Source: Thecamonas trahens ATCC 50062
Lineage: Eukaryota; Protista; Apusomonadida
NCBI RefSeq assembly: GCF_000142905.1
Contig: NW_013657652.1
Coordinates: forward strand, 325,114-389,113
Length of the DNA: 64,000 bases
Direction: 5' to 3'
In this document: positions 1 to 9,114 of the stretch, in pieces
Numbering within the stretch: position 1 is the first letter of the stretch
Layout: each line of letters starts with the position of its first letter
Made by a program: the position numbers and the translations under genes
Notes under the pieces: model-generated
What the model was told of the DNA's origin: nothing
The model's input: the letters and a program-made list of their open reading frames with translations, nothing else
The model's database searches: none

Positions 1-3000
1 GCAACCCGCCCACAACAACGTCACTCCCGGGCGCAACCTCCAGTCCGCCCACGAGAAGCTTGGCCAGCGACGACTTGCCAGCGCCTGTCCGCCCCACCAC
101 GAGCACCCTGTCGCCGGCGGCCAGCTCAAAGCTGGCATCCACAAGCACCGCGTTCGGTCTCCTGGCACCTCGCTCATGTCCGCCATACCACGCGCGCGTC
201 AGCTCCACCGCCACCGAGCCGTCAGCCACTTCCTCGCTCTCATCGTCGATCGACTCGGGTCGCACGTCAGCGTACTCGAGCATCCGCTCCACGCTTACAA
301 ACTCCTTCTCGGTCTCGGTGCCCGTGTTGAGCAGGCCGTTGAGCAGGCCCGAGATCGGGAGCGCGTACGAGAGCACTAGCCCCAGCAGCCCCGCCGCTGA
401 CGATGGCGAGCTCGTCGCGTCTGGACCTGGTACGTACATGGCCACTCCGATGAGTGCCACGCCGGCAACCACACACGCTCCGAGTGATTGCACGGCCACC
501 GCCAGCCACTGCCCCGCCGCAAGCTCAGTGTACGACGCCGCAAGCCAGACCTCAAGCGCCTTGTTGAGACGCCCAGTAAACTCCGCACATGCCGGTCCAC
601 CGGCCGCCCGGAGCGTCGCCGCACCAGCCGACACGTCGTCGATGTGCTCGTACAGCGGCGATCGAGCAACCACCACCAGCCGCTTCAGCTCCCGCGACGA
701 CGCCCTATAAACGCGCCCCACTACCGCGTACGCCGCCATCAGAGGCAAAAGCGCAGCGCCAAACAAAGGCACCACAATCAGAATGATCACAAGCGCACCC
801 GCGAGCCCAAATCCGTTCGCAAGAAAGATGTTGAGACTGAATGGGAGCGAGTCGTCGACCGCCCACGCGTCCGACGAGAACCGGTTGAGCAGCCGCCCGA
901 CCGGATGGTTGCCAAAGAACGCCAGCGGTGCCCCGAGTACACCGTCAAGCAGCTCGGCGTGCATTCGCTTCGCCGCCACAATCCCGCCGCGTGCAAACAG
1001 AAATGCACGCGCAAGCGTTGCTGCAGAGTTCACCACGGCAAGCCCAGCGTAGACGCCAAGGTAAAACGAGAGTGACTGCGCCTCGCCACGGCGCAGCGCC
1101 CCCACCCAATACGCCAGCCACCAGTCGGTCACATTGCGCGACGCCTGCATCGCCACCATTGCGCACGTCAATCCCACACAGTTGGTCAGCCCCATCATCC
1201 GGCCGTACCGGGTGTAGGTTGACAGCGCCAGAGCTCCTTCGGCGCGAGCTTCTTCCTCGCCGTCCTCACTCGCGTCATCGGCATCGACTAGCTCGGAACC
1301 GCTGCCCCTTAATGCGCCAACATCGCTTGTGTCGCTTTGAGTCGGCTGCGTTGTGGCTGCAGACTGGTGGAATACCTCGTCATCGGCGACGAGTGCAACC
1401 GTGCCGCTGTCAACACGCCACACAGCTCCAAACAAGGATGCCGGTAGTCGCGCATCCAGCTTGGGCGTCGCCACAACGACAGGCACCCCCGCAGCCGCCA
1501 GCAGAGGGAAAACGCTGGCGACAAGGTCAGCGGCCACGCCATCGTCCAGCGCAGCGAGCGGGTCGTCGAGCACGACAAGATCGAGCCTGTGGCGCGCGTA
1601 CACAATCCGAGCCAGCGCCACCCGCATCCGCTGGCCACCAGAGATCTGGCATCCGCCACGTCCAACGCGCGTCTGCCAACCAAGCGGCATCTCCGCCAGA
1701 TCTGCGTCGAGGCAGACCGCCGCCGCCGCCTCGGCGAGGCGGCCGGCCACCTCGGGCTCGCCAAACGTCACATTGGAAAGAAGCGTGTCGGCAACCAGGA
1801 ACGGTGTCTGACTAACCAGGCCAATGCGCAGCGAGCGTTCGCCCGACACGCCCAGTACCTCGGCAAGCAACCGTCCGACGCCCGGACCGCCCGCGATTGG
1901 TGTCTGGCCAGTCAGTCCGCTCAGCAGCGTCGACTTGCCGCTCTCGTTCCGTCCCACAACTGCCAGCGCGCCCACGACGCCAGCTTCTCCGATCAGGGCC
2001 GGAACCTGGACTCGGAACGCGCCGTCGACCCCGCTCCAGCCAAAAGTCCACCCGCGGGTGTCGACTACGCTCTCGCCGAGGCTGGCCGAGACCGGCAACG
2101 GGGCGAGGAACCGCGCGAGTCGCTTGGCTGAAACCCACGCCTCAACAAGGCCGTTGAGGACCCACGGAAAGGCGTTGAGTGGGCCAAGAAGCATGTTGAA
2201 GAGCGCAAGTGATGTAAAGACCTTGGTCGGCGTCAGCGTCCGGCCCATCACCAGCGTGTAGGTGCCAAAGGTGAGGATGGAGACAAGGACTGGAGTCACC
2301 GCCCAAAAGTAGACACACCAGGCGTCGAGGTACTTGCGCGAGGCAAGGGTGATCATTTCGGTCCGCCGGGCATTTGCAACCCGCCGCGCGAGGTACGGCG
2401 CCCAACCCAGGAGCTTGACCGTCTCGATCTCGGCGAGCACAGCCTTGGTGGCAGCAAGGCGCGCGTCTTTGGAGGCCATCATTGCGGCTGAGAGGGCGCC
2501 GATCTTAGAAGCAATCCACTTGTTGAGCGGAATGAGGAGAAGGGCAAAGACGAGGCCGGCAGCAGCGGCTTCGCCGACCTGCGAATACAGGAGAGCAAGC
2601 GAGACCGCAATCTGGAACGGGAGTGACCACGCGGCGTGGAACGAGGCACCAATGTTGACCACCCGCGACGCGTCAGTCGAGATAAAGTTGTTGAGCTCTC
2701 CGGCAGAGTACTGCGCTACCGCCGCCGATGGTGCCGTGAGCACCGTGGCTGACACCATTGCCGTGAGCTGGGCCTGGACGCTCAGCGCCAGTGAGTTCAT
2801 GGCAAAGGTGTAGTGAATGTTGAGTCCAGCGGCCGCACCGAGCGTGAACACAAGAAGCAATGCCGCGATGTAGCCCTGATTGCGGGCCGACGGAAGACAG
2901 TCCCAAGCCTGTCCGCTGCTGCCGCTGCCACTCTCGATGAGTCCAACGATTACGTTGAGCAGTAGAGGCGCGCAAAAGCCGCACACGTCGGCGCCCAGCT

Positions 3001-3865
3001 TGAAGCCGCCGAGCGGAAAGTAGCGCCAGCCATAGACGCTCGCCAGTGCCCAGACCAAACCGCGGCCGCGAGCAAGCACAGCCCGCAGCGCGCGCTGATC
3101 ATCGGCGCTCGGTTGGAGTTGTTGCGGAGGAGCGAGCAAGTCTTCGCGGCCGAGCTGGCGTGAGGCACCAGCCCGGATGAGCGGTGTGACCCAGGAAAAA
3201 CAGAGGCCTGCCAGTCGCGATTGCCGTCGTGAAGCACTCGTCGTGTTGTCATCCCGAGCGCGCACCAGCAGCGGCGTCGCCTCGTTGATGTTGACCCGCC
3301 CCAGCGCCGGTTGGCTCGACGAATGAGGCAGATGAGACGCTGGACGCGCGCGAACCAGCTCCCACAGCCCAGCCACCGCAACCGCGGCGCCGGTACCGGC
3401 CAGCGATCCCGCCAGCGCGCGGCGGCGCGCAAGAACGTGCTGTAACGGTGACCCTGGTAGCCAAGGAGCAACAACCCAGATCCAGCCGCCTGTAACTACA
3501 GGCAGCGCCATAGCTATCGCCGCCACCCACGCCTCAGGAGCAAGGACGGCAGACGCTGCTGCTGCCGCCAGCGCCACAACAATGATCGGCGATGGGGTAT
3601 CGGTAGCAAGCGCCGCGGCGGAGGCGGCAAGGGCGGCTAGTGAAGCGCGATGGAGCCACATGGCAGGCGGAAAGCGGCGGCGGGCGGCGAGAGCAGCCGC
3701 CGTCGCCATCGCACACGCCGCCGCTGTCAGAGCAAGGCCAGCAGCCAGCGCAGCTGTGGCCAGGCAGGGCGCCGGGACAATGCGCGGGGAGGCCCACCAT
3801 GCTGGAGCGGGGCATGTGTCATGCACGGCGAGGAGGGCGAGTAGTGCTGAGCATGGCCGTGTCAT
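1..3865 (-). CDS. ABCC/MRP-family ABC transporter (MRP7/ABCC10-like), C-terminus beyond the left edge
   Basis: Manually translated frame from ATG at 3865, absent from the ORF track probably because no stop is reached. Motifs: L0-like FSWVTPLIRAGASRQLGREDL, NBD1 Walker A GRNESGKST, signature ISGGQRMRVALAR, Walker B VVLDDPLAALD, NBD2 Walker A VVGRTGAGKSSL near 60-100. Confidence 0.9.
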   Translation of the reverse strand, partial: MTRPCSALLALLAVHDTCPAPAWWASPRIVPAPCLATAALAAGLALTAAACAMATAAALAARRRFPPAMWLHRASLAALAASAAALATDTPSPIIVVALAAAAASAVLAPEAWVAAIAMALPVVTGGWIWVVAPWLPGSPLQHVLARRRALAGSLAGTGAAVAVAGLWELVRARPASHLPHSSSQPALGRVNINEATPLLVRARDDNTTSASRRQSRLAGLCFSWVTPLIRAGASRQLGREDLLAPPQQLQPSADDQRALRAVLARGRGLVWALASVYGWRYFPLGGFKLGADVCGFCAPLLLNVIVGLIESGSGSSGQAWDCLPSARNQGYIAALLLVFTLGAAAGLNIHYTFAMNSLALSVQAQLTAMVSATVLTAPSAAVAQYSAGELNNFISTDASRVVNIGASFHAAWSLPFQIAVSLALLYSQVGEAAAAGLVFALLLIPLNKWIASKIGALSAAMMASKDARLAATKAVLAEIETVKLLGWAPYLARRVANARRTEMITLASRKYLDAWCVYFWAVTPVLVSILTFGTYTLVMGRTLTPTKVFTSLALFNMLLGPLNAFPWVLNGLVEAWVSAKRLARFLAPLPVSASLGESVVDTRGWTFGWSGVDGAFRVQVPALIGEAGVVGALAVVGRNESGKSTLLSGLTGQTPIAGGPGVGRLLAEVLGVSGERSLRIGLVSQTPFLVADTLLSNVTFGEPEVAGRLAEAAAAVCLDADLAEMPLGWQTRVGRGGCQISGGQRMRVALARIVYARHRLDLVVLDDPLAALDDGVAADLVASVFPLLAAAGVPVVVATPKLDARLPASLFGAVWRVDSGTVALVADDEVFHQSAATTQPTQSDTSDVGALRGSGSELVDADDASEDGEEEARAEGALALSTYTRYGRMMGLTNCVGLTCAMVAMQASRNVTDWWLAYWVGALRRGEAQSLSFYLGVYAGLAVVNSAATLARAFLFARGGIVAAKRMHAELLDGVLGAPLAFFGNHPVGRLLNRFSSDAWAVDDSLPFSLNIFLANGFGLAGALVIILIVVPLFGAALLPLMAAYAVVGRVYRASSRELKRLVVVARSPLYEHIDDVSAGAATLRAAGGPACAEFTGRLNKALEVWLAASYTELAAGQWLAVAVQSLGACVVAGVALIGVAMYVPGPDATSSPSSAAGLLGLVLSYALPISGLLNGLLNTGTETEKEFVSVERMLEYADVRPESIDDESEEVADGSVAVELTRAWYGGHERGARRPNAVLVDASFELAAGDRVLVVGRTGAGKSSLAKLLVGGLEVAPGSDVVVGGL

Positions 3866-4131
3866 GGTGAGCACCCAAAAGCCAGAGGGTTGGGCTTTGA
3901 GCGAGAGGTGGGCGTGGGGGTGGGCGTGTGTGGGTGGGGGTGGGGGACACTCGACTGCCAGTCACGGGAAGGAATGGTAAGGATAGAGGGGAGGGTTAGG
4001 AGGGGGGGAGGGGGGGGGGGGGGGGGGGGGGGGGAGGGGGGAGGGGGAGGGGGAGGGGGAGGGGGACGGGGAGGGGAGGGGGACGGGACGACGGACGGGT
4101 ACGGGTACGGGGTCCGGGTACCGGGTACCGG

Positions 4132-4300
4132 NNNNNNNNNNNNNNNNNNNNNNNNNNNNNNNNNNNNNNNNNNNNNNNNNNNNNNNNNNNNNNNNNNNNN
4201 NNNNNNNNNNNNNNNNNNNNNNNNNNNNNNNNNNNNNNNNNNNNNNNNNNNNNNNNNNNNNNNNNNNNNNNNNNNNNNNNNNNNNNNNNNNNNNNNNNNN
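4132..4300. other. Assembly gap (N run)
   Basis: Run of N preceded by poly-G tracts. Confidence 1.
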
Positions 4301-4589
4301 GCAGAGGCGGACCGGCCTGGCCCAGCGGTGGCGAGCCCGCATGGAAGCGTAGCGGCGGCGAGCCGGGGTGAGGATCCATATGTGAAGACAGTGGGTGGGG
4401 TGGTGGTGGCCGTGGGGTGGCCGTGGCCGTGGGGTGTGGTGGCAGGTGGCAGGGGTGGGGTGGCTTCCAGTGGGCGTGGGCGGCAGGCAATGAAGCCCCC
4501 CTCCTTTCCTCCTTCCCCGCTTTTGGTCTTGCCACCTGCGAATGTCTCTGTTGCGCGGGCTGGGCCAACGCTCCTTCCCAGCCCAACCG

Positions 4590-4659
4590 CACACACACAC
4601 ACACACACGCACACACACACGCAGCACTCGCACACACGCGTCCACACGCACACACACAT
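4590..4659 (+). repeat. Imperfect (CA)n microsatellite
   Basis: cacacacacacacacacgcacacacacac... upstream of Mo25. Confidence 0.9.
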
Positions 4660-4816
4660 CTCGCGGGTCGACCTCCCTACTACCCCCCCCCCCCTACCCC
4701 CCACCCCCACCCCACCCCCACCCCCCTACCCCCACCCTACCCCCACCCCTCCTCCTCGCCTGCTCTAGCCCTTTCCCTCTCCCCTCCCTCTCTACCAGAC
4801 AGACAGAGAGACAGAC

Positions 4817-6175
4817 ATGGCGTTCCTCTTTGGCGGCAAGAAGAAGCTGGGCATCATCGAGCTCGCAGGTCTGATGAAGACCAATCTAGAGGTGCTGACT
4901 TCGACATCGTCGAGCAAGGCTGTGGGCAAGGCCCGGACGGAAATGACCCGGGTGCTGGCGGAGACACGCAAGCTGGCCCTGCCCGACGAGGCTGCAGATC
5001 CGGTGGCAGAGGCTGGCGGACTCTCGGGCGAGGGCTCCGAGTCGGCCGTCGCCGCCCTCGCTGCTGTCGTACTGGAGGACGAGCTGCTGGGCAACTTGCT
5101 GGAGAACCTGACGCTGCTGGAGTTTGAGGCGCGGAAGGATGTGGTGGTCCTCTTTGAGCGGCTGGTCCGCGAGCAGGCCGACGGCGGGACCCGGTTTCCG
5201 GTGGTGGAAGCACTTTGTGCGCATGACGAGGTGCTCTCGGTCATCATGCTCGGGTATGGCAACACTGACATTGCACTCAACTGTGGAGCAATGATGCGCG
5301 CGGCGCTGGCCCACGAGCCAGTCGCCCGGTGGTTGCTCCTGTCGGACGAGCTCTTTCTACTCTTTGATCTGATGGAGGACACCTCGTTTGACGTTGCCAC
5401 CGACGCCTTCCTCACCTTTCGCCTCCTGCTCACCACCCACTCAGCGGCTGTCGGCGAGTTTATGGAGCAGCACTACGTGCCGTTCTTCGAGTCGTACGCG
5501 CGGCTGCTGGTATGCGAAAACTACGCCACCCGCAGGCAGTCGCTCTCGCTGCTTGGTGACTTTCTCCTCGACCGCTCCAACATTGCAACCATGAAGCGGT
5601 ACATCGCCTCGTCGCACAACCTCAAGACCATCATGCAGCTCCTCCGCGACAAGTCGCGCAACATTCAGTTCGAGGCCTTCCATGTCTTTAAGATCTTTGT
5701 CGCCAACCCGACCAAGCCGCCGGCCGTCCTCCACATCCTCAAGCGCAACGCCAACAAGCTTGTCAACTTTCTGGCCGACTTTCAAAAGGACCGCCGTGAC
5801 GACACTCAGTTTGTCGAGGAAAAGGCGTACCTCATCAACATCATCCAGTCCATCCGCGACAACGACTCGGACTCGGACCCGCCGGCAGGCTCGTCGCCTG
5901 CGGCGCCCGTCTCGACCTCTCCCGCCACCTCGGCCGCTGCCGCTCCTGTCCAACCGCCGCCGCGATCGTCGTCGTCTGCCGCCTCGGCCACGGCTGCCCA
6001 TGGCCGGCTGGCGTCTCCACCGTCATCGTCGTCTTCTTCCTCATCATCGTCGTCGTCAAGCTCCTCCGGCACGTCCTCGGCTGGCGTCCTCGAGTACGAC
6101 ACTGGCACCGTCGTCAACCTGGCCACCGTTGTCCTCAAGGGCGTCCATCAGCCGGTGAACAATCCTACAAGCTAA
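4817..6175 (+). CDS. CAB39: Mo25/CAB39 (Hym1) armadillo-like scaffold with Ser/Pro/Ala-rich C-terminal tail
   Basis: LEFEARKDVV, IALNCGAMMR, FDVATDAFLTF, NYATRRQSLSLLGDFLLDRSN, LLRDKSRNIQFEAFHVFKIFVANPTKP are hallmark Mo25 segments. Confidence 0.95.
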   Translation: MAFLFGGKKKLGIIELAGLMKTNLEVLTSTSSSKAVGKARTEMTRVLAETRKLALPDEAADPVAEAGGLSGEGSESAVAALAAVVLEDELLGNLLENLTLLEFEARKDVVVLFERLVREQADGGTRFPVVEALCAHDEVLSVIMLGYGNTDIALNCGAMMRAALAHEPVARWLLLSDELFLLFDLMEDTSFDVATDAFLTFRLLLTTHSAAVGEFMEQHYVPFFESYARLLVCENYATRRQSLSLLGDFLLDRSNIATMKRYIASSHNLKTIMQLLRDKSRNIQFEAFHVFKIFVANPTKPPAVLHILKRNANKLVNFLADFQKDRRDDTQFVEEKAYLINIIQSIRDNDSDSDPPAGSSPAAPVSTSPATSAAAAPVQPPPRSSSSAASATAAHGRLASPPSSSSSSSSSSSSSSSGTSSAGVLEYDTGTVVNLATVVLKGVHQPVNNPTS

Positions 6176-6386
6176 CCTCCAACGATACACCCGGTCTTAT
6201 GGTGCCCGAAATCATAAAAGCAGCTCAGTCTGTAACGGCCGTCGCGCGCGACCTAATGGTCGACGTGTGGTCGAACGCTCACCCGCCGCTCAAGGCGCCT
6301 CGCCTTTCGCAACGACCCGACGCCCGAACGTCACACGTCACACCTAGCCCACCCCCCGGGCTCTTGCCACACTCCACTCACCCACC

Positions 6387-6994
6387 ATGGCTGCATACTG
6401 GGCAGGCGCTGGAGACGACGAGGCGGCGTCGTACTCGTCCGAGGACCGGCACGACTACTCGGTCCTCCTCGAGTCGGGGTCGGACGACGAGGCCGGGGCG
6501 TCGGGCGGCGCGCCCGGCGACGCTGGCCGCATTCCCTTCCGCCCGTCCCCTGGGCACTCTATCGACGATGCCCTGCGTGCGCTCGAAGACGCCGGCCTGG
6601 TTTACCAGCCTGAACCGAATGCAAAGCCGCCTGGCCCGTGGGCGGAAATCAATCCACCCGAGCCGCCGCCCAAGCCGCGCTATGTCTCCACCTACACCGT
6701 CGAGGGCGGGTGGGAGACCCGTCTCCTGCCCGAGTCCGAGTGGATCCCAGCCGACCCGCGCAAGTCCAAAATTACCGCAAAGCCGCCACCCTATGGTCGC
6801 CACGCCCAATGCGTTCGCGACTTTCTCGCCTCGGCTGATCTGCCCGGCGACGAGCCCGCCGTCGTGGTCCCCGCCGTTGATGACGAACTCATCCGCCCGC
6901 CGCCCACTGCCAATCCAGATGCGCCCATGCCCATGGCCACGGCCCGCCGGCGCATGCTGTCGCTGAGGACGATGTTGCCGACGACGGGGTGTGA
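6387..6994 (+). CDS. Hypothetical acidic, Pro-rich protein (end uncertain: 6994 if one C is missing near 6930, otherwise 7139)
   Basis: ATG ORF with coding-like composition. A -1 shift at ccc-atg gives HGHGPPAHAVAEDDVADDGV* (TGA 6992-6994) and removes the overlap with the convergent gene. Confidence 0.55.
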
Positions 6995-7012
6995 TGCTCG
7001 TCGTTGCTCACC

Positions 7013-8935
7013 TCAGGATGTGAGCCATGCCTCGTACCGCGCCGCGCTGGGTGTGGTCGCGGTCTCGCCGGTGCTGCCGGCGCCGCTGCCGCTGCAGTTG
7101 TCAGTCTTGTCGAACGGGCCGAGGAGTAGTCCGGAATGAGCCGCTCCTTCCTTGCCCTTGCCGCCGGCCCGAATCCATGCGCGGAGTGCGTCGAGTGCTG
7201 TGGCTTTCGCCCGTGTCACCACTGCGCTCGCTGTCGGTGGCTTGGACGATGGCGGAAAGACGTGCGCAGCCGAGGTCGCCTCGCTCACCGCCTTGCGCCA
7301 AGCCGTGCAGCCGGGCTGCGCGATCTGGAGAAGAGTGAGTCGCGCCTCGTCGGCGCTCGCCGCCATGGCTGCCGCAGCCTCGGCGGTACCGGTCAGGACC
7401 GCGCTGTCGAGGAGAGCCACGACACGCCAGGTGTGATACGGGCTCGCCTGCAGGATGCCGAGGATGTCTGTGAGGCCATGCAGACCCGAGCCGGCGACGA
7501 GGACCACCAGGCGAGGTCCGGGAACGGTGGCTGCCAGCCGAGGTGGGAGCCACGCGAGCATGTGGGCCAGGGTCCGCGGCCCGAGCGCGGCGTCGTCACT
7601 CCACTCGGACGCGAGCGAGAGCGAGCAGCCGGCAAGGCGGGCATCAACATTGTCCACCCGAGCAAGAGCCTCGCGCAAACCGTCGGCGACGCCGCCGATG
7701 GTCGGCTGCACAGGGATGAGGTTCGACGAGATGGCGAGGAGCGAGGCGCGCGACTTGGCGGTGTAGGTGTTGGTGACAGTGACGAGGCCAGCGGCAGCAA
7801 AATCGAACGGCGGAATCGACGGGTGTGGTGAAAGCATGAGCGAGAGGCCAACGTCGTACGAGGCAAGCAGCTCGAGATAGGCGTCTGGCGCCGTTCGAGG
7901 CAAGATGGTGAGGCACGCGCCGCGCGGCAGGCCACAGTGTGGCCGCGCCGTCTTGGAGCCGATGCCGTGGAACTCCCACTCGTCAACGTTGAAGTCGCCC
8001 GAGGCGATGACTGCCGAGAGAGCCATCATTCCGAGCTCAAACATGTTGCGCTGGGCATGCGCCTCGGGCCGGGCGTAGAACAAGAGCTTGCGCTTCGTTC
8101 CGGGTGTCCGCTTCAGTTGCATCGCCGTCGGTGTGCCGGCAGGCTTGACCGGAAACTGGTATGCCACGTACTTGCCGGTGGCAGGAGCGGTGTCAGGCGC
8201 AAAGACCCCGAGCGACATGGCGGCAAAGTAGTCGCGGAGAAAGCCGTAGGAGAAGAGGGCGCGGTGATCAAAGGCGTACGAGGCGTCGGCAAGAGCATGC
8301 ATGGTGCCGTGCGCAAAGAACGTCGACTCGATGTCCTGGATAAAGTACACAAAGTGTGGTGAGGCAAGGAGCGGTGAGGCGTGCAGGGCGGCGGCGACGT
8401 GGGCGCTGAGAAACTGGGTGGCGACAAAGACATCGGCTGGCGAGGCGAGGAGCGGAGTGGAGCGATCGGCGTGAAAGCCAAACTCGATGGTCGATGTCAG
8501 CTCCTCCAGGCCTGGGAACGACTGCAGCGCGGCGGCCATGTCCGGCACCGATGGCGCGTCGCCGAGATTGACCCAGCGGACGGCGAGGCCGAGCCGGGCG
8601 GCGCGGAGCGCAAACTGCGAGATACCAATCATGCCGCCGTAGAACGAATTAAAGTCAAAGCCCATGACCAGGATGTTGAGTCGCGGCGGCTGGGCGCTGT
8701 CGACAACCAGCCGCGGCGCCTCGATCGCCGCCGCCACGTGCCGCCACTCGGGCGTGGGCTCGTCCGTCGCGCTCTCTTGCAGCACCGCGTCACCGACCCC
8801 GCCCAGCCACGCCAGCACACCCACCGCCACCAGCCCGAGCACCACCAACAGCACCGTCTCGCGCCGTTGCAGCACAGCCCGCCGGCGCTCGCTGTATGTC
8901 GCGAACACTCTGCCGCTACTCTTGCCAGACTGCAT
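7013..8935 (-). CDS. WsaF-like (rhamnosyltransferase-type) GT-B glycosyltransferase with N-terminal type II membrane anchor
   Basis: N-terminal RRR + hydrophobic helix; motifs DVFVATQFLSA, YFIQDIESTFF, LFYARPEAHAQRNMFELG, WEFHGIG, YDVGLSLMLSPHPSIPPFDFAAAGLVTVTN resemble bacterial WsaF-family enzymes. Confidence 0.75.
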   Translation of the reverse strand: MQSGKSSGRVFATYSERRRAVLQRRETVLLVVLGLVAVGVLAWLGGVGDAVLQESATDEPTPEWRHVAAAIEAPRLVVDSAQPPRLNILVMGFDFNSFYGGMIGISQFALRAARLGLAVRWVNLGDAPSVPDMAAALQSFPGLEELTSTIEFGFHADRSTPLLASPADVFVATQFLSAHVAAALHASPLLASPHFVYFIQDIESTFFAHGTMHALADASYAFDHRALFSYGFLRDYFAAMSLGVFAPDTAPATGKYVAYQFPVKPAGTPTAMQLKRTPGTKRKLLFYARPEAHAQRNMFELGMMALSAVIASGDFNVDEWEFHGIGSKTARPHCGLPRGACLTILPRTAPDAYLELLASYDVGLSLMLSPHPSIPPFDFAAAGLVTVTNTYTAKSRASLLAISSNLIPVQPTIGGVADGLREALARVDNVDARLAGCSLSLASEWSDDAALGPRTLAHMLAWLPPRLAATVPGPRLVVLVAGSGLHGLTDILGILQASPYHTWRVVALLDSAVLTGTAEAAAAMAASADEARLTLLQIAQPGCTAWRKAVSEATSAAHVFPPSSKPPTASAVVTRAKATALDALRAWIRAGGKGKEGAAHSGLLLGPFDKTDNCSGSGAGSTGETATTPSAARYEAWLTS

Positions 8936-9114
8936 GGGCTGCTCTGCGCGGTGGGGGAGGGGAGGTTGCAGTTGAGTGGCCGCCCGTGGCTACTCGACTG
9001 CCCAAGAGCCGAGTGCAGCCTGCGGCAGATGAATTTTGGTCGGGCAAGGCCGAGCAACGCGGGATGCGTTCAATTGGTTTGCCAAGGCGCGGGTCGGCTC
9101 CTCCTCTGCTACGG

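Noticed and set aside
4081-4131. GGGTAC-like repeats beside the first gap as telomeric sequence
   Set aside because: Short, irregular and at a contig edge; not a regular telomere array.
3862-4768. ORFs spanning N gaps and poly-G/C tracts (also 13694-14959, 18820-19989, 50438-50968)
   Set aside because: Artefacts of low-complexity sequence and translated Ns.
7013-7139. Apparent 127-bp coding overlap between the 6387 ORF and the glycosyltransferase
   Set aside because: Disappears if one C is missing near 6930, matching the window-wide error pattern.
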